A DNA stretch of 64,000 bases from a virus: positions 1-64,000 of the IMG/VR virus record IMGVR_UViG_3300025110_000007. One strand, given 5' to 3'. This document shows, piece after piece, positions 9,013 to 16,802 of the stretch (positions are counted from its first letter, which is position 1; every line of letters begins with the position of its first letter). The notes beneath the pieces are model-generated. The model was not told where the DNA came from, ran no database searches, and worked only from the letters and a program-made list of their open reading frames with translations. The position numbers and the translations under genes are program-made.

Positions 9013-9218
9013 CTAAGTGGGTTAGTGAATACTGGATTCATTATGAAAGTTCTGAATTACATATACTTGAAGGAAAGGATTGGCGACAATGGAAAGACTA
9101 CATTGACTATTCGTTTAATGGAGACAAAGTTATCTTAATTGAAAGAGTGAGAACCGAGTATGACGAATGCTCGACTTATGACCGAGAATATGAAACATTG
9201 TGGGAGGTGACGGCGTGA
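9009..9218 (+). CDS. Cassette microprotein, 69 aa (ends EVTA)
   Basis: ORF track; bounded by junction repeats. Confidence 0.7.
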   Translation: MTKWVSEYWIHYESSELHILEGKDWRQWKDYIDYSFNGDKVILIERVRTEYDECSTYDREYETLWEVTA

Positions 9219-9403
9219 GTGATACATGTGAACATTGTTCAAAACCAAAAGACCCTACTTGCTTTCATACCAAACACGATTTGGAAATCACTGCTGATAA
9301 CTTCAATCAATTCTGTGCCGATGAATGTACATGGAAGCGTGGCATTTGTTTTGATTGCGAAGAGGATTTACTTTCATGTGAATGCGTGGAGGTGACGGCG
9401 TGA
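9215..9403 (+). CDS. Cassette microprotein, 62 aa, Cys-rich (ends EVTA)
   Basis: GTG start within the junction. Confidence 0.7.
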   Translation: MSDTCEHCSKPKDPTCFHTKHDLEITADNFNQFCADECTWKRGICFDCEEDLLSCECVEVTA

Positions 9404-9594
9404 GATTTTGGAAGAAGAAGAAAGAAGAGAAGAAAGAGAAACCCTTCATGATAATATGCGAGAAGTGTCGGTGGGACTTTACAGACGATTACATCAAGAA
9501 TAACACCGATGGAAACATAAGGCCGATGTATGGCGACCATTGTTCATGCGGTGGGATTGTCGTGCGAGTGGATGAATTGGAGGTGACGGAATGA
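9400..9594 (+). CDS. Cassette microprotein, 64 aa, Lys-rich N-terminus plus Zn ribbon (ends EVTE)
   Basis: GTG start within the junction; CEKC and CSCGG. Confidence 0.7.
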   Translation: MRFWKKKKEEKKEKPFMIICEKCRWDFTDDYIKNNTDGNIRPMYGDHCSCGGIVVRVDELEVTE

Positions 9595-9728
9595 AGGAAT
9601 ACAGAATAGGAAGTCTTTGTGAAGAATGTGAAAGTTGTGAACTTGTCCAGTATAGGCGGGGTTGGAACTTGTCATGTCCCGAATGTGGTATAGATTACAC
9701 TTGGGATGGCGTGGAGGTGAAGGCGTGA
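9591..9728 (+). CDS. Cassette microprotein, 45 aa, Zn ribbon (CEEC...CPECG; ends EVKA)
   Basis: Read manually; bounded by junction repeats. Confidence 0.7.
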   Translation: MKEYRIGSLCEECESCELVQYRRGWNLSCPECGIDYTWDGVEVKA

Positions 9729-9976
9729 CTCAGACAATACAATGGCGAGCGGCGTCGACTATGCGCAAGTGGTTAGGAAAGGCTGAGTGTGTTATGAGTG
9801 TGGTGACCAGCGAGAAAGAAGGCGTGGCCCCCACCATTGACATTAGAATCAGACGAACCACTGACCACGCAAGTGGTGCCGGATGGACCAAAGAGGGCGT
9901 ACGCCTCAGTCTGGAGGATGCGTACAACTTGGCTGACTCAATACAGCACATCATCGACTCGTTAGAAAGGGATTGA
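9725..9976 (+). CDS. PC4-like ssDNA-binding protein
   Basis: IDIR...WTKEGVRLSLE resembles the PC4/YdbC signature; GTG start in the last junction. Confidence 0.55.
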   Translation: MTQTIQWRAASTMRKWLGKAECVMSVVTSEKEGVAPTIDIRIRRTTDHASGAGWTKEGVRLSLEDAYNLADSIQHIIDSLERD

Positions 9977-9977
9977 T

Positions 9978-11429
9978 ATGCTTCTGTCACTCGCCACGAA
10001 GGTGGCACGCACACTCCGTAGGTTGCACTATGGAAGAGGAGCCGGAGACAGTTCGGCTGACTTCCGTACTGCCATCAAGGCGGTGTCCCAAATCTTGGAG
10101 ATGACGACTGACGACTACGAGGAAATCATCGACATCTTTTATCCAAGGCACTCAAAACATCCACGGCGTTTCGTCACGGATGGCTGGGTCAGGGACAATG
10201 TGTGCAGTGAACTGGGTATCTCACCCCTCGTCTGGGACGAGTCACTTGTAGGCAAGCCAATCGTACTGGCACTTGCCTCAGAGAGCAGGGGCAACAAGAG
10301 TAGCGGGCTGACTGTGAAGCAGGCACTTCACCACATGCACCAACTGAGCGAGGTGGGTGTACTGGCGACATCCAAGTTAATGACCGAGGCTGAGGCCGAA
10401 CTCTTCTGGAGCAGAGCACTGGGTGAGAACCCGCCCTATCCAATAGAGCGATTCATTCAGCGTTGCACCCACATTGGCGAAGGGCAGGCCATGAGCCTAC
10501 CTGCTGTCAAGAAAGCACTGGACACGATGTCCCCTGCTGAGTTCCTTGTACGCCTACTCAAATACTCTGAGGCTGAGGTCGAGGTCCCTGACGAAATTCA
10601 ACCGGGACAACCGTTCCGAGGCCCGGTGTACAAGGCATGGACGCAGACAACAGCGCCCGCTGGCGTCTATGCTGAGGTAATACGCCACCCCAGACGATAC
10701 CTCCACATCACTGAGTTCCCCAGTGGCACCTACAATGGTGTGCTGTACAACCGGGACAAGCGTGCAGTGGCCAAGATGAACAGCCTTGACCTACCTATTC
10801 AACAAGCCTGTGTCCTTGAGGTGGAGGCGCAGGGCACTGTGGTCAAGTGTATTACGGATATTCTGTCGTTAGGACAGGACTGGTCTATTCATCAGCGACC
10901 GATGATGGAGCGACTCAGCCTATTGAAAGGGCTGGGCGTACAAGGTCAACTACGAGTAGGCGAACTTCTTGAAGAAGGGTCGTCGATTACCACCCTCGTG
11001 CATACACTGTCAGAAAATGAACGACTTCGACTCTCGTTCAACAGCCCCTTTCAAATAGGAGAGCAAGGTGGCTGGGCAGTTATGGACGGAACATATCACA
11101 TTCACTTACTGGTCCTCTCTATCAAGAAGGACGCAGAATACGAAACACATGTGCGCCTTGGTGTACTGGATGGGCTTGACCCATACCAAGTAATGGAGGC
11201 GAGGCTTCCAACTGAGATAGCCCAGCATGTGAGAACAAGACTCGCTCGACAAGGTGTACTTGTCGGAGCCCACTGGCTCCCGGTGGAAGAGCAAGCGGTT
11301 GTGGTGGCTGGCAAGGTGAACGAGGTTCGCCTGTCGACCATGACAATCACGGGAGAACTGCTTTATGCTGATGACAACCTCGGCTTTAGCGACCTCAGTC
11401 AACTGACTGACATCATAGAAATGACATAG
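9978..11429 (+). CDS. ATP-dependent DNA ligase-like protein, apparently catalytically degenerate
   Basis: Ligase-like motif order (AEVIRHPRRYLHI, LYNR, VLEVE, TDIL, RPMMERLSLL) without KxDG. Confidence 0.5.
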   Translation: MLLSLATKVARTLRRLHYGRGAGDSSADFRTAIKAVSQILEMTTDDYEEIIDIFYPRHSKHPRRFVTDGWVRDNVCSELGISPLVWDESLVGKPIVLALASESRGNKSSGLTVKQALHHMHQLSEVGVLATSKLMTEAEAELFWSRALGENPPYPIERFIQRCTHIGEGQAMSLPAVKKALDTMSPAEFLVRLLKYSEAEVEVPDEIQPGQPFRGPVYKAWTQTTAPAGVYAEVIRHPRRYLHITEFPSGTYNGVLYNRDKRAVAKMNSLDLPIQQACVLEVEAQGTVVKCITDILSLGQDWSIHQRPMMERLSLLKGLGVQGQLRVGELLEEGSSITTLVHTLSENERLRLSFNSPFQIGEQGGWAVMDGTYHIHLLVLSIKKDAEYETHVRLGVLDGLDPYQVMEARLPTEIAQHVRTRLARQGVLVGAHWLPVEEQAVVVAGKVNEVRLSTMTITGELLYADDNLGFSDLSQLTDIIEMT

Positions 11430-11702
11430 GTGAAACAAATGAAAGTAAATTGGAACATTGCATGGTTGGCTCTTGGGCCTAACATGAAGATAAAATGCGT
11501 GAACATACCAGATACCTCTTGGCGACAAGTCACAAAGGTTGAACGAATGCCCCAAATCAATGTGGGTGACATGGTGAAGAAAACAAGCACAGGGTACCAT
11601 GTGTATCAGACCATCGAGTCGACCGTACCTGTGTTCAAGTTCCCTTCACGAGTGACATTGAGTGAACCGATGGGAACAGAACCACGAGGTGAAGAAGAAT
11701 GA
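11430..11702 (+). CDS. Hypothetical protein
   Basis: ORF track; ends in a GGTGAAGAAGAATGA junction. Confidence 0.6.
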   Translation: MKQMKVNWNIAWLALGPNMKIKCVNIPDTSWRQVTKVERMPQINVGDMVKKTSTGYHVYQTIESTVPVFKFPSRVTLSEPMGTEPRGEEE

Positions 11703-11857
11703 CAACTAAAGATGTTCAAGACCGTTATGACAGGCTACCCCTTGAACTCAAGAAGTGTCTTGTTAAAGGATGCAACAACCTACGAACTCCTATCATGGTT
11801 TGGCATGGTTTCAAAAGATGTGAAATGGCTAACTGTCTTTACAAGGGGCGTGCCTGA
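11699..11857 (+). CDS. 52-aa Cys-containing microprotein
   Basis: Read manually; ATGA overlap; abuts the next ATG. Confidence 0.5.
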   Translation: MTTKDVQDRYDRLPLELKKCLVKGCNNLRTPIMVWHGFKRCEMANCLYKGRA

Positions 11858-12091
11858 ATGACGCTTAGACCGGGAAAATACGAGTGGATTCGCCACCTTG
11901 AAAGCAAGTGCGGTAAATGCAACAGACGCCTCTCCCGTGTGAAACAGGACGGGGTTATCCATGAGGTATGTCCGTCGTTTGTGTCGTCTTATCCATACAA
12001 TGTATGCCCTCATTCGGATTGGGAGTTCTATTTTGTCCCCAACAAGCATGGGGCACAGGGACGCTACGAAAGAAGATTAAGGAGTGAATAA
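11858..12091 (+). CDS. Zn-finger-like protein
   Basis: CGKC, CP...CPH. Confidence 0.6.
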   Translation: MTLRPGKYEWIRHLESKCGKCNRRLSRVKQDGVIHEVCPSFVSSYPYNVCPHSDWEFYFVPNKHGAQGRYERRLRSE

Positions 12092-12093
12092 GA

Positions 12094-12279
12094 ATGAGTG
12101 AGATTGAAGACTTAGAGAAAAAGATTGAGAGCATGGAAGCGTACCTCGACGAACTGATGGTGCGAATTGAAAGAGCCGAACGACTTGTCGGTGCAGTGGA
12201 AGAACTCCAGAACGAAGTTGCCAAGATTAGAGGAGCCCCGGTAGGGATGCTCTTTGATTTCTGGGGGTCTAAGAAATGA
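12094..12279 (+). CDS. Small coiled-coil protein
   Basis: Heptad-rich 61-aa ORF; GGAGTGA SD. Confidence 0.7.
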   Translation: MSEIEDLEKKIESMEAYLDELMVRIERAERLVGAVEELQNEVAKIRGAPVGMLFDFWGSKK

Positions 12280-13217
12280 CTGCGTGGAGAGAGAAGTACC
12301 GTCCTCGGACTGTGGCAGACTTGGTAGGTTGTAAGGTGTTCAAGCAACAAGCACAACACTGGTCGTTAGAAACGGCACCACCCTGCCTCCTGTTCATCGG
12401 AGGCCCCGGTGTCGGCAAAACCACAGCGGCCCGTGCTCTGGCACGGGATTGGCTTGGTGAGTGGTTCGGTCAAGAGAACTTCATCACCACCAATGCCAGC
12501 GATGACCGTGGAATTGGGTATGTCCGTGACCACCTCAAGCACATCTCAAGGCTCAAGGGTCTGATGGTAGCAAAGCGTGTCATCTTTTTAGACGAGGCTG
12601 ACTCATTGACCAAGGACGCACAGAAAGCACTGCGTCAAATCATGGAAGACAGTCACGACACTATCATTTGGATTCTTGCAGGGAACGACATCTCTGCTTT
12701 CCACAAAGCAATCAAGGACAGGTGCACAACATACGAATTCAAGTCGCACGGTCCTAACGAGATAGAGGAAGCCTGCCTCAAAATTCATGAGGCCGAAGGA
12801 CTTCCCGAAGAATGGAAGCAGTACTACCGCAACCTTGCTCCCCTCTGCGAAGGCAGTCTGAGGCAGACGGTTGATACGCTACAATCATTATCAAAGACAC
12901 CGGAGGCACTGGAGAAAAGAGTCCGGTCCTCTGGTCAAGACATGTCAAGAGCCGCTCTCCACTTAGCGGCAGGTGACTTTACTACGCTTAACGCATTCCT
13001 CAATCAACAGTTAGAGAAAGGCGACAGCCGATTCTATTTGTTGAAGACCCTTCGGTACAAGGCTAAGGGCCTCATCGAAGAAGGGGATGATTGGTTTGCT
13101 TTCATGAAGACCTACGGGGATTTCATGATGATGGCAACACAATGGCCGGATGACGATATGGCCTTCTTTGAATACTTCGTCGCCACTCTCCAACAGAATA
13201 GGAGGTTGCATAAGTGA
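12276..13217 (+). CDS. rfcS: Replication factor C small subunit (clamp loader)
   Basis: WREKYRP, GGPGVGKT, NASDDRGI, LDEADSLT.DAQ.ALR, DRC. Confidence 0.92.
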   Translation: MTAWREKYRPRTVADLVGCKVFKQQAQHWSLETAPPCLLFIGGPGVGKTTAARALARDWLGEWFGQENFITTNASDDRGIGYVRDHLKHISRLKGLMVAKRVIFLDEADSLTKDAQKALRQIMEDSHDTIIWILAGNDISAFHKAIKDRCTTYEFKSHGPNEIEEACLKIHEAEGLPEEWKQYYRNLAPLCEGSLRQTVDTLQSLSKTPEALEKRVRSSGQDMSRAALHLAAGDFTTLNAFLNQQLEKGDSRFYLLKTLRYKAKGLIEEGDDWFAFMKTYGDFMMMATQWPDDDMAFFEYFVATLQQNRRLHK

Positions 13218-13241
13218 GAATCATTGTCGAAAAGAAAGATG

Positions 13242-13249
13242 TTATATAT
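13242..13249 (+). promoter_or_regulatory. Putative TATA box with purine-rich BRE-like upstream run
   Basis: aaagaaagatgTTATATAT in the gap before 13311. Confidence 0.5.
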
Positions 13250-13310
13250 GGCTACTCAATCGGCAAAGATGCACCCGATGCAAAAACAAAAACAACACAG
13301 GTGAAAAAAC

Positions 13311-14561
13311 ATGAACAGTGAAATGATGGAAAAGATTGCCGCTTATGCGGTAAGAACAGGAAAGACAGAAGACGAGGCTAAAGCCGCATTTGCGGCTTGG
13401 TTGAAAGATGAGTTCGGTGTGGTCGACATGGCCACCGAAGATGAATACTTGCTCAACGAATGGGCAGAGATGTTCGTCATTGAAACACGGAACCTCGGAG
13501 CAAGCGGCGGCGGTGGTCGAGAAACGACAGTGTTCCTCGGTCACATCTGCGGTCTAAATGAAGCGATTCGTGACCAACGACAGAACCAGCGTGAAGCGGC
13601 AATTCTCGCCTTCCGACAAGACAGAAACAAAGCGATTGACAACGGTACTATTGGTATCGTTGCCGCCAATGACGGTGTGTGGAACATCAACGGCAAGCCT
13701 ACCAAGGACCGTGTCGATGGTGAACTACCATGGTACGCCTTCCTTGTGGACGGTACAGCGATTACCATGCTCAACACCAACAAAGAGTCACAGTCCTACG
13801 GGAAACCGATGGCGAGTGAAAGCAAAGTACGCTACATGTACTTCCTTGGCAACACCCAAGAGTCCTTCATCAATGAGCCTAAGATGTGGCGAATTGCTCT
13901 GAACGGCGATGACATGACACATACTTACGAACTCGGACAATTGTGCAGAGTTGAAGTCGTCCCGTCTTCTAATGCTGACTCGGACATTCTTTACACCAAC
14001 CGTGGCTTCGCCAAGACGGTTAAGTACAACACCGATGAAAGCATCCCTACTCAGTACACTGACGCTGGTCGGTTCTGGACGAATCCTGAACATGGCTCAT
14101 GTGTCAACTTGGCTAACCTGTTGGAAGAGTACGAGGAACGAAAGGTCCCCTACAACAACAACTTCATCCCACCAGTCGTTTTGACAAAGGGCTACATCAG
14201 CCGCATGTCTGTCGAGCCGACTGACAATCAGTACGATGATACCGGTAGGAACTTCCGCATCAGCGTCACCAGTCTTGAGTTGCAATCGACCTATGGTCGT
14301 GAGTCCAACCTTGCAGAGGTGACCGTCTGGGTCCCCGGTCGAACCTTCGACAGCACTCACCCATTTGAGTTCCACAACGGTGACGAATGGGTACCATACG
14401 CTGAGCGCACACAGGTAATCATCTGTGGCAAGGTCAAGACACGAATGTACCGTGAAGACATGGTCCCAAGCATCACAGCACTGGGTATCTATGTCCCACC
14501 TCGTACAGCCCGACCCGGTGCTCGTGGCGGAAACACTGACACATCACAATTGGAGGAATAA
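13311..14561 (+). CDS. Probable OB-fold ssDNA-binding (RPA-like) protein
   Basis: 416 aa, beta-rich, between RFC and an ATPase/PCNA; fold inferred from context only. Confidence 0.45.
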   Translation: MNSEMMEKIAAYAVRTGKTEDEAKAAFAAWLKDEFGVVDMATEDEYLLNEWAEMFVIETRNLGASGGGGRETTVFLGHICGLNEAIRDQRQNQREAAILAFRQDRNKAIDNGTIGIVAANDGVWNINGKPTKDRVDGELPWYAFLVDGTAITMLNTNKESQSYGKPMASESKVRYMYFLGNTQESFINEPKMWRIALNGDDMTHTYELGQLCRVEVVPSSNADSDILYTNRGFAKTVKYNTDESIPTQYTDAGRFWTNPEHGSCVNLANLLEEYEERKVPYNNNFIPPVVLTKGYISRMSVEPTDNQYDDTGRNFRISVTSLELQSTYGRESNLAEVTVWVPGRTFDSTHPFEFHNGDEWVPYAERTQVIICGKVKTRMYREDMVPSITALGIYVPPRTARPGARGGNTDTSQLEE

Positions 14562-14563
14562 AC

Positions 14564-15676
14564 ATGGGAGCATTTGACGCATTGAAGAAGCATGTCGACC
14601 TCACAAACAAAGGAGTCGACGAAGACAAAGTTGGCGCTTTGGTCGCAGAGGCACTCAACCTTGAGAAGCACCCTGCGCCACCGATGCCTCCTACGGAAGA
14701 AGCATCTGTGACAAACCAAGCACGAGGTCGACAGGGAGAAAGCCTTGTGGAACACATTGAGCGGACAACATCTGAGCCAGCCGAACCTGCCACCAACTTC
14801 CCTGACCTCGCCAAAGAACTGGCCGCACAGACCTCTGTCAACAGAGTCAAGCCTTCGACCACATTCTGTGGTATCGTCGGTCACAGTGGGCGTGGTAAGA
14901 CAGGCATCTCCATGGACTCATTCATGCACAACTCAGGTCCAAACGACATGATGTGGTGCATTGACTTTGACGGCGGTGCACTTGATTGCAAGCACGCTCA
15001 CTACCCTGACAGCGATGACAAGATTCGCATCTGGAACCCGTGGGAAACACAGGCACATGACCGTGTTGCTTTCAACTACCCTAAGACTCACCAGCGCACA
15101 ATGAATCTGTGCAAGTTCGCACTTGAGCAAGCACGGAAGCAACAGGCTCCCGACTACGACGGACCTCGACTGACCACACTACTGGTCACTGCTGTTGACC
15201 AATACGACCAAGTCTGTATCAACAACATGAAGATTTACGACCTTGAGATGGATGCGAAGGATGCCATTGAAGCGGCCGCCTCCAAGTTGAACCAAGACAT
15301 TGGTTGGAACTGGAACATTCGTACCACTCGTTTCAAGCAGTTGACGGCGCTCTGCCGCCAATTGAACTTCGCAGGTGTCGATGTGTTTTGGGAAACCCAC
15401 ATCAAGTCTGATGACAAAGAGTACAGTCACGATGGCTGGAAGTTCGTGTGGGAGAAGAACGCTAACAACGACCTGACTCAAATCATCTGGTGCAAGGACC
15501 AAAAGATTCGCAACGAAGATGGCAAGGAGACTGGTGAGACACGATATGTGGCTGACTTTGTCAAGTGCAAGACCAACCCTGACCTTCAAGGTCAAGAGCG
15601 TGTGTTCTTTGTGACCAAGAAGGGCCTACCGGCAACATGGATGGGCCTCGCAGAGTTGCGGGACAAAACACTCTGA
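14564..15676 (+). CDS. P-loop ATPase (AAA_24/RecA-like, possibly Sak4-like recombinase)
   Basis: GHSGRGKT Walker A, IDFDGG, ETH. Confidence 0.65.
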   Translation: MGAFDALKKHVDLTNKGVDEDKVGALVAEALNLEKHPAPPMPPTEEASVTNQARGRQGESLVEHIERTTSEPAEPATNFPDLAKELAAQTSVNRVKPSTTFCGIVGHSGRGKTGISMDSFMHNSGPNDMMWCIDFDGGALDCKHAHYPDSDDKIRIWNPWETQAHDRVAFNYPKTHQRTMNLCKFALEQARKQQAPDYDGPRLTTLLVTAVDQYDQVCINNMKIYDLEMDAKDAIEAAASKLNQDIGWNWNIRTTRFKQLTALCRQLNFAGVDVFWETHIKSDDKEYSHDGWKFVWEKNANNDLTQIIWCKDQKIRNEDGKETGETRYVADFVKCKTNPDLQGQERVFFVTKKGLPATWMGLAELRDKTL

Positions 15677-15685
15677 GGTGATTGA

Positions 15686-16444
15686 GTGGCCTCCTTCACA
15701 ATCAGCCGTAAGGCATTGTCGTCATTCTTGGGTTCATTCACCAAGGGAACCGACAATCTTGCGATAAGAGTGGGTGACGGCACCATCACTGTTGCAGTGG
15801 GTGCTCTCACTCATTACTTGAAGCGGTCTGTCGAAGTACAGGAAAGTGATGCTGGGAAGATATTCATCACTGACCTGACTCGACTGATGACCTACCTCGG
15901 AACAGCGTCTGCTTCTGATGTCACAGTCAGCCAGTCTGGACGGGGTAGGGCCTTGCAGGTCCGTGCCGGTAAGTCCTCCTTGGAACTACCGACATCGTCA
16001 TTCGTTGCATCCGAAGAACAAGTACCTCTGATTGAGAAGGTCATCGCTAAGGCAGAGGGTTCAATGTGGACTTCCTTTGGCCCTGCTTCTCTTGAAGCAT
16101 CAGGCAACATCAGTGGTGTTGACCTGTATGGGCTCAGCAAGGCCGACAAGATTGTTGGTAGTGGCTTGAGTTGCAAAGTGGTGTATCGTCCTCGTGACAA
16201 CGAGTTGGCCCTCATGGCCAAGAACACGAACAAGGGCAAGATGTTTGCAACAGCAGAAGTCGAGGCCGTGAGTGGGTCTAAGGAATCATACGAATCTAAC
16301 TTCGCACACTGGCTCCCCGAACTCCTCACTACTGTTCCCGATACAGTCGTACAGTTCCACATGGGAGAATCAGCCCCATTAGTCATCCGTGACCAAGACG
16401 GCTCATATCTCCTACTTGTGTTCGACCAAGAGGTGGAAGCATGA
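15686..16444 (+). CDS. Sliding clamp (PCNA-like)
   Basis: 252 aa, typical length; C-terminal FHMGESAPLVI...YLLLV; next to RFC and PolB. Confidence 0.7.
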   Translation: MASFTISRKALSSFLGSFTKGTDNLAIRVGDGTITVAVGALTHYLKRSVEVQESDAGKIFITDLTRLMTYLGTASASDVTVSQSGRGRALQVRAGKSSLELPTSSFVASEEQVPLIEKVIAKAEGSMWTSFGPASLEASGNISGVDLYGLSKADKIVGSGLSCKVVYRPRDNELALMAKNTNKGKMFATAEVEAVSGSKESYESNFAHWLPELLTTVPDTVVQFHMGESAPLVIRDQDGSYLLLVFDQEVEA

Positions 16445-16611
16445 GGCGAGATGTTTGTTGGCTTTGTGGTGGCAAGTTGATTTGGCAATGTGACTACGAC
16501 TTAGAAGACTATGGCTACATGGGCGTCGAAGGTATGATTGCTACGCTTGTCTGTTCCGACTGTGGAGCAGATGTAGTGTACACTCTCCAAAACGAATTGG
16601 AGGAAGAGTGA
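16441..16611 (+). CDS. 56-aa Zn-ribbon protein (CWLCGG...CSDCG)
   Basis: Read manually; ATGA overlap. Confidence 0.65.
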   Translation: MRRDVCWLCGGKLIWQCDYDLEDYGYMGVEGMIATLVCSDCGADVVYTLQNELEEE

Positions 16612-16802
16612 TGTCTATTTGCGTGGGATGCAGTGAACCCTTTGGGCAATCGGAACTGGTCGACGGAGACTGGTGTGAGGCCTGTTGGGAAGCGGTATCT
16701 CATGTAAAATGCAAACGACCACTCAAGCACCGTCCGAAAATGGAAGGTGTACTACACTGTAAGACATGTGCAAGGGAGGAGCGTGAGGTCGATGATTGTT
16801 GA
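16608..16802 (+). CDS. Zn-finger protein
   Basis: Three CxxC pairs. Confidence 0.65.
   Translation: MMSICVGCSEPFGQSELVDGDWCEACWEAVSHVKCKRPLKHRPKMEGVLHCKTCAREEREVDDC

Larger units (their letters stand above)
8637..9728 (+). repeat. Eight copies of a 16-bp junction GGAGGTGACGGC(A/G)TGA separating microgenes
   Basis: Copies at 8637, 8762, 8863, 8997, 9203, 9388, 9579 (GGAGGTGACGGAATGA) and 9713 (GGAGGTGAAGGCGTGA); one more at 4486. Confidence 0.95.

Noticed and set aside
8595-9724. ORF-track starts at 8595, 9200, 9382 and 9662
   Set aside because: These are upstream extensions through the junction; the SD-supported starts are 8649, 9215, 9400 and 9725.
8637-9728. CRISPR array interpretation of the 16-bp repeats (with the Cas4-like gene)
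   Set aside because: The repeats are too short, the spacers vary from 85 to 190 bp and each is a complete ORF; no cas1/cas2; stand-alone Cas4-like nucleases are common in archaeal viruses.
8637-9728. Classical integron attC sites
   Set aside because: No inverted-repeat structure in the junction and no tyrosine recombinase in the window.
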